64,000 nt of DNA from Octopus bimaculoides (lineage: Eukaryota): NCBI RefSeq assembly GCF_001194135.2, contig NC_068985.1, positions 16,653,911 through 16,717,910 of the forward strand. The letters are read 5' to 3'. The position numbers and the translations under genes are program-made. This document shows positions 52,720-62,225 of this stretch, in pieces. The notes under the pieces are model-generated. The model was not told the DNA's origin. It saw nothing but the letters and a program-made list of their open reading frames with translations, and searched no databases. Each line of letters starts with the position of its first letter. The first letter of the stretch is position 1.

Positions 52720-53635
52720 TGAGGTGATATCAAAAGTTCACCGACTAAATTTTGTAGCATGCCAACAGATGGCAGCACATGGTTGTGTGCGTAGTGAAAA
52801 CTAGTAGTGAAAACTAGTAGTGAAGTTCATGAGGCAGTATGCTGAGTGACATCGCTGTGTTTACTTCACAAATTGTTAAATTTGTGTTTTTGTGATCACA
52901 TGTCTGCTGTAGTCTGTGATTTTGTCGTGGTCAGGAACAAAGAGCTAACTTGAAATTTTGTGTTAAACTTGAGAAGTCTGCAACAGAGACATTGAATATG
53001 CTTCAGGAAACTCACAGCGATGTGGCAATGGGTCGTACACAATGTTTCTAGTGGCATAGATGCTTCAAAAGTAGAACATCCCTGGAAGACGATGAATGAT
53101 CTGGAAGACCTGTTACAAGCGTCACCCCACCAGAAATGTGGTATTGTACATTGAAATTTCATCCTCACTGAGCCAGATTGTCAATCAAGAATCCCGCTGT
53201 GATGTTTTGAAGCATTTGAGGGAGGACATTTGGTGAAAGCAACCAGATTTGTGAAACACAAAGAATTGGATTCTTCCGTAAGCTCTCCTCATCTTTGAGT
53301 TTCTCACCAAAAACAACATGGTATCACTTCCACACCTGCCCTATTCACCAGATTTAGCAACAGTGGACTTCTATCTTTTCTACAAGGTGAAAATGTAGTT
53401 CAAAGGTTGCAATTTTAACACTATTGTTGAGATCCAGATCGAATCACAGAGAGTCCTTCACTCACTAACAGAAAACGACTTCCAGGTCAGATTCCAAAAG
53501 TGGCAGGAACATTGGGACCAGTGCATTATTTATTGCACAAGGTGACTTTTTCGAAGGAGATGATGTAAAAACTTAGGTAAATAAGTTATTTTTTACTAAA
53601 CATAGCTAGCCCGGGAATCTTTTGATTCTACCTCG
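52720..53635 (+). mobile_element. Internally deleted mariner element with both TIRs and TA TSD
   Basis: TA|TGAGGTGATATCAAAAG ... CTTTTGATTCTACCTCG|TA. Encodes EQRANLKFCVKLEKSATETL..SLEDDE*SGRP and a PYSPDLA remnant. Confidence 0.88.
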
Positions 53636-54168
53636 TATATATATATATATNNNNNNNNNNNNNNNNNNNNNNNNNNNNNNNNNNNNNNNNNNNNNNNNNN
53701 NNNNNNNNNNNNNNNNNNNNNNNNNNNNNNNNNNNNNNNNNNNNNNNNNNNNNNNNNNNNNNNNNNNNNNNNNNNNNNNNNNNNNNNNNNNNNNNNNNNN
53801 NNNNNNNNNNNNNNNNNNNNNNNNNNNNNNNNNNNNNNNNNNNNNNNNNNNNNNNNNNNNNNNNNNNNNNNNNNNNNNNNNNNNNNNNNNNNNNNNNNNN
53901 NNNNNNNNNNNNNNNNNNNNNNNNNNNNNNNNNNNNNNNNNNNNNNNNNNNNNNNNNNNNNNNNNNNNNNNNNNNNNNNNNNNNNNNNNNNNNNNNNNNN
54001 NNNNNNNNNNNNNNNNNNNNNNNNNNNNNNNNNNNNNNNNNNNNNNNNNNNNNNNNNNNNNNNNNNNNNNNNNNNNNNNNNNNNNNNNNNNNNNNNNNNN
54101 NNNNNNNNNNNNNNNNNNNNNNNNNNNNNNNNNNNNNNNNNNNNNNNNNNNACACACACACACACACA

Positions 54169-54209
<41 letters not shown>

Positions 54210-54884
54210 GTTGAAAGGAGTGTTTTTATTTCATTGTATTTGTACTTGGTTTGATTTGTGACAACAAGTCTAAACTAATCTTTTATAGCATGAGAACTGT
54301 CCTGTAGACATAGTTAGATTTCCTGTATCTCTACTTGTATTTCCTGAGTAATCAGACATTGGTAGAAATTTCACTGTCACTTAAAGATAAATTTTCTCAT
54401 AACTTCTAAATTAAGTCTTCCCAGATGTAAGTATTTTATTATTAGTTTATATAAAGCTGAACAAAACCTAATTTAGTGGTCTAATGAGTATGGTTATATC
54501 TGTCTAATTAAAACATTCAATCTTTATGTTTAATACAGAATTAAGTCTTTAAGTAAGTGAAAGGAAATCACCAAGGAAATATTATTCTGCAAGCTATTGA
54601 CTTAAGATAGAGGTGTCAATGACAACCAAAACTGAGACAATCCCTTTTCAGCTTTACTGAGAAAGCATGTATTATGTGTCACACATTGTTAAAGAGAAAC
54701 TTTATCTGTTTATTTATTTCAGTAATGGGACTGCAGCCAGGCTGGGCCACTGCTTTGAAGGGTTTTAGTCAAATGAATTGACCTCGGTACTTATTTTTAA
54801 AGTCTGGTACATAGTCTATCAGGGTCTTTTGCCAAACCGCTAAGTTATGGAGATATAGACAAACCAACATCAGTTGTCAAGCAG

Positions 54885-54920
<36 letters not shown>

Positions 54921-56184
54921 ACAGGTTTCCACTCAGTTTTTGCATATCAGGTTCACCCACAAAGCATTAGTTGACACAAGGCTTCAATAAAAGACACTTG
55001 CCCCAGGTGCAGCACAGTAGGACTGAACTTGAAATCATATGGTTGCAAAGGAAGCTTAGCATTTTTCAATTTAGGTCATTAAGTATAATATTAAGTTAGT
55101 CATTAAGAGGCTGAGATACTTATAAAAAGATTAATGTTTGAAATCTTAATTATAATAGTTTATTTGTACTAAAGACAATGACATTGTCTGAACTGTAATC
55201 ATCGAGATACAATGTAAACTGAAAACTGAAAGGAGAGAACTGTAATAATTAAAGATTTTGTTGGTACCAAAACCTCTTGAACTACTACAAGCAAGAAATT
55301 TAGATAAAAATTAAACCAAAGAGGGGATTGTTTTATTCCTTAAATATTTATTGTCTTTGTTGTGGTATTTACACATTTAATATTTTGTGGATACGTGTTT
55401 GAAATTTTCTACAAAGCTTGTTTAAAAAGGAACAGATTAATTTTCTTTATGTATACTTTGTCTTGGTGTTTCTTCTTTCACTAAAATCATGATACCAAAA
55501 CATCCATTGTGCCATTGAACCATTGAATGTAACTCATTCAAACTTTTAATACAATTGTAAAATAATATCTCTCAAAAGAATTCTTGCCATCTTGCTTTTT
55601 TTTAATTTATTTATTTATTTACTATTTTTGCTCTTTTTTTTCTTTTCATTTTTTTTTTTTTTGTGCAAAATATAGATATGATCAATTAATTAACAAACAG
55701 AGCTGCAGAATAAAAAAAAAAAAAAACGATAATTGGAAAATTTAGAAATGAACAAACATAACGAAATGATGTAGATAAACATTATATTTTAAATCACATT
55801 TACTTCAAACATTGCCAGGATTTATCAGCCGACAGAATAGAGTTTGAACAACAGAAGACTATTGTGTTGTTTTCTATTATAATTCCATTTATGTCTAGGA
55901 TGCCCTATTTTGTTTTATTGAAGCTTGAAAAATGAAAAGCAAAGTTGACCTCAATGGGATCTGAACTCAGAGCATATAGTACCATAACTAAATACCACAG
56001 GCAGTTTTGTCTAATGCCAATTTACTACATTTGTTGGTACAACCAGGCATGGTTGTGTGGTTAAGAAACTTGCTTTGCAACCACTTAATTTCATATTCAG
56101 TTCAACTGTGCAGCACCTTGGGTAAATTTGGTTGATGGAAACTGTTTAGAAGCCTGTCATAGCCAGCATGGAAGGCAGACATTA

Positions 56185-56232
<48 letters not shown>

Positions 56233-57870
56233 ATATAATCTATATATGTTGTGTGTGTGTATCTTTGTGTCTATGATGTCCCCACCGCCACCAACACTAC
56301 CACTTGACAACCCATGTTGGTTTGTGTTTGTCCCCATAAAATATCAATTTAGCAATAGAGACCAATAGAATAAGTACCAAACTTTAAAAAAATAAGAATT
56401 GGAGTCAATTTGTTTGCCTGAAACTCTTCAAGATGGTGCCCTAGCATGGCTGCAGTTCAATGACTGTTCAATAAGTTCAATAAGTAAAAAATAAAAGATA
56501 CAATCATGAGGCAAAGACCTCCTGGAATGGAAGCCATTCAGCAGAACTCACTACCAAAATTTTCCAGGAAAACCTCAATATTGCAATGCTATAAGTAGCT
56601 GGTTTTTAGATTACATTGTTGTCCCTTCATATCGGTTATAGACTTAAAGTATTACCTCGTTTAACACCACTACTTCATCCGTGGGTAACTTTGGCAAAGT
56701 TAACCTCAGTTACAAGCATTCATGCTTGGTTTCCAGTCAAAAGATAACTTCCCCACTTTCTCCTGCTAGTCATGGGGTCTGGGGTGACCTGAATAGGGTC
56801 ATATGTACTGCTTTTCCTAGCCTGATCAGTGAGACATTTTCACAATACTCCCAGAAGATGTCTCCTTATCAGATTGGATATAAAATGACATTCTGGGTAT
56901 TGCAACTAACTGGGTCAGACATGAAATAGCAGCTGGGGCAGCCATGTTAGCAACATGCAATGTGAATGAAATCAACTTTATTTGGGAATAGTTGCCAATA
57001 GTTATTAATTACTATTGTTGCTTAGAGAAAGATATTTAAAATCAATGTTGAGGAGTAACAATCTTTAAAAAAATTTTTTCCGTCTACTTTAGTCAAAGGA
57101 AGAACACCAGCAGTTGTCAACATTCTTTAGAGGTGCTGAATGCTGCTCTTCTTTTCTCAGGGCCTCTGAGATTAGTGAAAGTAAGGAAGGAATTTATCTT
57201 CAAACTAGAGGCTGGACCCAGACGTTTACAACAGAGTGAATTTTGTTAAAGGTCCCTATAAATTAAGTCATAGGGGTAAATTTAAAATTAGTTACAGACC
57301 AAATCTGCCACCCAAGAACAGAAATAGTCACTCCAATGGGCTTTTATATGGTTTCCACATATTAAATTTCACTTACAAGGCATTGGTTGGCCTGGGCCTC
57401 TAGTTGAAGACACCAAAGGTGCCATACAGTGGGATTGAACCCAAAACTAAGTGGTTATAAAGCAAGCTTCTTAACCAGACAACCATGACTATGCCTAAAT
57501 ATATGAAAACTACTCTTTTACTCTTTTACTTGTTTCAGTCATTTGACTGCGGCCATGCTGGAGNNNNNNNNNNCCCGGAACCATGTGGTTGGTAAGCAAG
57601 CTACTTACCACACAGCCACTCCTGCACATGTTAATTGTTTTCTCTTTCAATAACTGAGTCTATTATGTTTTGGAAACAATCAATGCTATTCATAACACCC
57701 AGTGGTCTTCTAGTAAACTGATACAATTGATTTCAAGCATCAAAAGTGAGTTATGGTTTATCAACTGAGTTGATAAGAACTTGTGCTTCACTTAATAAGA
57801 ACTTGATGTGATGTACATTATTTACATTATTTACATTTGACGGATATTCGTCCTCATCTTGTTTGTTGTT

Positions 57871-57916
57871 AACACAACGTTTCGGCTGATATACCCTCCA
57901 GCCTTCGTCAGGTGTC
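57871..57916 (-). ncRNA. Minimal type I hammerhead ribozyme motif (PLE-type)
   Basis: Reverse complement of 58083-58128, identical. Confidence 0.75.
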
Positions 57917-57964
57917 TTGGGGAAATTTCGAACCTGGGTTCTCATTCCTATCGATGTTACTCGG

Positions 57965-58018
57965 AACCTTGGGGTTAGTAGCCCGCGCTCTTAACCACTA
58001 CGCCATATGCCCGTGGGC
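57965..58018 (-). promoter_or_regulatory. tRNA-like head with a Pol III A-box, truncated before the T arm
   Basis: Minus strand GCCCACGGGCATA-TGGCGTAGTGG-TTAAGAGCGCGGG-CTACTAA-CCCCAAGG. The A-box is at 58005-57995 and is followed by a 7-nt anticodon-like loop. Confidence 0.65.
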
Positions 58019-58082
58019 TACTAACCCCAAGGTTCCGAGTAACATCGATAGGAATGAGAACCCAGGTTCGAAATTTCCCCAA

Positions 58083-58128
58083 GACACCTGACGAAGGCTG
58101 GAGGGTATATCAGCCGAAACGTTGTGTT
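58083..58128 (+). ncRNA. Minimal type I hammerhead ribozyme motif (PLE-type)
   Basis: GACAC-CUGACGA-A-GGCUG(10-nt loop)CAGCC-GAAA-CG-UU-GUGUU. Stem I is 5 bp and stem II is 5 bp; stem III is reduced to the palindrome AACGUU. Predicted cut after 58123. Confidence 0.78.
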
Positions 58129-58271
58129 AACAACAAACAAGATGAGGACGAATATCTGTCAAATGTAAATAATGTAAATAATGTAAATAATTCCTCATCT
58201 CTTAAATATNNNNNNNNNNTATTTACATTATTTACATTTGACGGATATTCGTCCTCATCTTGTTTGTTGTT

Positions 58272-58317
58272 AACACAACGTTTCGGCTGATATACCCTCC
58301 AGCCTTCGTCAGGTGTC
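58272..58317 (-). ncRNA. Minimal hammerhead motif, second unit (may be an assembly duplicate)
   Basis: Identical to 57871-57916. Confidence 0.6.
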
Positions 58318-58483
58318 TTGGGGAAATTTCGAACCTGGGTTCTCATTCCTATCGATGTTACTCGGAACCTTGGGGTTAGTAGCCCGCGCTCTTAACCACT
58401 ACGCCATATGCCCGTGGGCTACTAACCCCAAGGTTCCGAGTAACATCGATAGGAATGAGAACCCAGGTTCGAAATTTCCCCAA

Positions 58484-58529
58484 GACACCTGACGAAGGCT
58501 GGAGGGTATATCAGCCGAAACGTTGTGTT
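58484..58529 (+). ncRNA. Minimal hammerhead motif, second unit (may be an assembly duplicate)
   Basis: Identical to 58083-58128. Confidence 0.6.
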
Positions 58530-58940
58530 AACAACAAACAAGATGAGGACGAATATCTGTCAAATGTAAATAATGTAAATAATGTAAATAATTCCTCATC
58601 TCTTAAATATAGAATTGATGTGATGTGCTTTGCAGGTTTGTTAGTTCTGAAGATCATTTAATGCCCTGTAATATTCATAGTTGGCAAATGATTTGTATCA
58701 AGTTGTGTAAAAAGATTTGTTGTTACTGAATAATAAGCTACCAGCCTTTGCTTGAAATTTTGAAAATTTGAGCATTTCACCTGACTACTAATATCCACTA
58801 TATTTAGTTACTCACTGAGATAATAGAATGTCATTGTTTCACTTGATATAAATAGCAGTCAAATCTCTTCAAATAACAAACTACTTAAAAAAAAAAACAA
58901 AAAAAAAACAAAACTAGAAGACATTAAATAATATTCTCTT

Positions 58941-59195
58941 ACAATTGCAGCGTGGAAGGTGTTTATAAGCCATTTAAGAAAATTCTGTGCTGCCAGCACA
59001 GACTTTTGTCAGTGAACAGGTCGCGGTCTCAAAGCGACGAAAATATTTTGACACAAATTAAATTTAAATGCTGAAGTGAATCTACCGGTTTTTGTGTGTT
59101 TCTTAAATGGCTTATAAACACCTTCCACGCTGCAATTGTTTTCGTTCCAGCACACGATCTCAGATCAGGTCACTTGCTATGCAAGTACATCTCTG
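58941..59195. mobile_element. Palindromic element with one-sided tail and 12-bp TSD (family P2)
   Basis: Perfect 41-bp IR 58941-58981/59099-59139; central hairpin 58985-59001; 56-nt tail 59140-59195. Flanks are TAATATTCTCTT (58929-58940) and TAATATACTCTT (59196-59207). Confidence 0.85.
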
Positions 59196-59537
59196 TAATA
59201 TACTCTTAGATATCCTTAAAACTACAATATTGCTCTGACTGAAATGCATTTGATCATAGGTATGTTTGACCAGAGATGATCTGGGGCTAAGCAACAATAA
59301 TAATTTCTAATATAGGCACAAGGCTAACATTTTTGTGAAGGAAGGATTAGGCAATTAAATCAATCCTAGTTCTTGACAGTTACTCATTTTATCAACCCCA
59401 GAAAGGATGAAACGCAAAGTTCAAGTCCTCAGAAGGACTTGAACTCAGAATATAAAGTGCCAAACTAAATACAATTCTGCCAATACACAAGTTAAACAAT
59501 AATAATAATAGCTCTCCAATAATAATAATAGCTCTCC

Positions 59538-59605
<68 letters not shown>

Positions 59606-59607
59606 TA

Positions 59608-59731
59608 ATCCTATGCAAAACACTTCCAATACAGTAACCATAAGAGCATCACAGCAAACCACAGCACATACCCAGAGCTCACAGAGCTGCGCTCGGTAGT
59701 GAAGTGAAAGCACGTTATAAAAATAAAACTA

Positions 59732-59780
<49 letters not shown>
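59608..59780 (+). mobile_element. Possible 3' end of an R4/Dong-like non-LTR element within (TAA)n
   Basis: ILCKTLPIQ* (stop 59635-59637) resembles the ILRKVL-type R4-clade C-terminus. About 100 nt of 3' UTR follow, and (AAT)n lies on both sides. Confidence 0.45.
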
Positions 59781-59782
<2 letters not shown>

Positions 59783-60416
59783 TCTCCAAACCAATGCCAG
59801 AATCTCTATGCAACTACTTGAATGGCTAGAAGTATCATCAAAATTCTTCAGTTACAACTCACTGTCATAAAAACAGGACACTTTGGATGGCTTATTTTAA
59901 GTAGACTAAGTCTTAAAACAAAAAACAAATATTCATCATAGGAATATGTTTTATGATAGATCTTCTGAATCTGAGCTGATCTGCCTTGGGCTAAACAGCA
60001 ATAACAATAACAACTTTTCCTTAGGAAGAAACTCTCGGAAGACTCAAACAACTGAAGGTCTTCAGAGAAGAAGCCTCCACCTCATGAAAGTGTTTTGGCC
60101 CTTAAGTCTTTACACTCTAAGGGAGCCAAATCACATCTAAGTCATAACTCTTAGAGACTCCTCTGCTGCCACATGTATGCTACTGTCTGCATTGCAACCC
60201 ACCTGGATGGTTAAGGTACCCCAGAGCCAGATACCTTGTGTGTTGCAACCAGTTCAGTCTATGACATCATAGGTACAGAAAATTGGATATGAATGACATT
60301 GCTTTATGCCAGTGATACCTATTTAAACTATTAAACTGTCCAACCCATACCAACTTGGAAAACGGACGTTAAAGGGTGATGATGATGAGGATGATAACTA
60401 TATATATAACCTATCA

Positions 60417-60454
<38 letters not shown>

Positions 60455-60456
<2 letters not shown>

Positions 60457-60760
60457 GGCGTGATCGTTACCAGCATCGCCTTACTGGCACTTGTGCTGGT
60501 GGTACGTTGAAAACACCATTTGAGCATGGCTGTTGCCAGTACCGCCTGACTGGCCCTCGTACCGGTGGCATGTAAAAGCACCCACTACACTCTCGGAGTT
60601 ATTGGCGTTAGGAAGGGCATCCAGCTGTAGAAACTGTGCCAGATCAGATGAGCCTGGTGCAGCCATCTGGCTCACTAGTCCCCAGTCAAACTGTCCAACC
60701 CATGCCAGCATGGAAAGCGGACGTTAAACAATGATGATGATGATGATGATAATGATGATG
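60455..60760 (+). mobile_element. RTE 3' UTR copy with two hairpin units
   Basis: Same as 23240-23480, with a (GAT)n tail. Confidence 0.85.
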
Positions 60761-60764
60761 TATG

Positions 60765-60801
<37 letters not shown>

Positions 60802-60802
60802 C

Positions 60803-61332
60803 AAATTAAATGGGTGGCTTATTAGCAATTTGAATCTAAAGGCAAACTTAATAGAGATTACAAAAGTGATGGAGAGTACTGACCAGATCTGCTATTGCTA
60901 AAAACAAGAGTTAAAATACTTCAAAAGCCACAAAGCACTGCACTTGTTCTAGCAAAAGCTGGTGCTGGTCAGTACCTTCTGTCACTTGTGTGACCTCTGT
61001 TAATTTTGTCTTTAGGTTCAAATTGCTAATAAACCACCCATTTAATTTATTGTTTACACTTTGAAAATCAGTACAGGTTTTCAATGGTTTTTCCTATAAG
61101 ATTGACAGAGGTTGTTGAGTTTAACCCCAGGTGTTAAGAGTCGCTGACAAGGATTAAGATGCTATGCCTCAAAATCTGAAATCATTCGATCCAGCTATAT
61201 ACGCTGGGGACTTACCTACCTTTGTCAGTCATTAAGTACGGTGCTTTGTAGCTTTTGAGTCATTTTAACACTTGTTTCTAGCAACAGCTGGTGTTCGTCA
61301 GTACCCTCCATCACTTTTATGACCTCTATTAA
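60803..61332. mobile_element. Compound fold-back element between (TA)n runs
   Basis: Arms 60803-60908 and 60943-61048 are about 80% complementary. 61238-61332 is a further inverted copy of about 60845-60945. Confidence 0.7.
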
Positions 61333-61833
61333 TATATATATATCAGCCTCATCATAATCACCCTTTAACGTCCATTTTCCATGCTGGCATGGGTTGTTTG
61401 ACCAAAGCTAGCAAGCAGAAGAGCTGCACCATATATATATATATATATATANNNNNNNNNNNNNNNATATATATAAATGTGAGTGTGTGTACACATACAC
61501 ATGCGCACCCACACACACATAGAGTGAGTTTCTTTCAGTTTTCATCTACTAAGGCCTGAGCTATAGTAGAAGACACTTACCCGAAGTGGGACTGAGCCCA
61601 GAAGTATATGCTTATTAAAATTCACTTCCATTTCTTCTTGACCAGATCCAATGACAATAACAACTTTTACATTCTTTTTAAAAGGCATCACATTTCTTCA
61701 TGATAGAACTTTCTATTCTTCAAGCTGTAACATCAAACTTCTACTGCTATTAATACTTCATCTTCTAATAACTACTCACCATTTACAAAGCTCAGATGAG
61801 ATCCACAAGGAATACCTGGGATGCTGCTGCTGC

Positions 61834-61874
<41 letters not shown>

Positions 61875-61979
61875 CCAAAGAAAGGCTACATGACTGAATG
61901 AGTGTGGAGTCACTCACCAACACATCTCAACTTCTTTCCCACAGATGTGCTGTCTCTTTCTCCATCTGCCTTTTTCTAC

Positions 61980-62017
61980 AACTACTACTACTACTACTAC
62001 TTCTACTACTACTACTT

Positions 62018-62065
<48 letters not shown>

Positions 62066-62084
62066 TTACTACTACTACTACTAT

Positions 62085-62181
<97 letters not shown>

Positions 62182-62225
62182 GTTGCTACAGCTACAGCTG
62201 CTGCCGCCACCACCACCACCACCAC
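61980..62225. repeat. Compound trinucleotide repeat (ACT)n-(AAT)n-(GCT/ACC)n
   Basis: Directly visible; it is the source of the poly-Leu/Tyr/Thr/Ser/Val ORFs. Confidence 0.95.

Larger units (their letters stand above)
57815..58614. mobile_element. Palindromic, hammerhead-bearing, tRNA-headed element (family P3), assembled as two 401-bp units around a 10-N gap
   Basis: Arms 57814-57984 and 58015-58185 (171 bp, 1 mismatch), 30-nt loop, 28-nt tail. The unit repeats at an offset of +401. Flanking direct repeat TTGATGTGATGT at 57803-57814 and 58615-58626. Confidence 0.9.

Noticed and set aside
30069-54254. Long ORFs spanning N runs (about 30.1, 32.1, 40.5, 47.3 and 53.7 kb)
   Set aside because: Their length comes from X residues in assembly gaps. 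Only the RTE part of 31606-32931 is real coding-derived sequence.
57510-57625. Apparently internally deleted short SINE variant
   Set aside because: The missing interior coincides with a 10-N placeholder gap, so it is an assembly artefact.
57758-57776. 19-bp palindrome TTATCAACTGAGTTGATAA just upstream of the hammerhead element
   Set aside because: It lies outside the TSD, and a 9-bp AT-rich arm is plausible by chance in 64 kb. It is noted only as a possible target-site feature.
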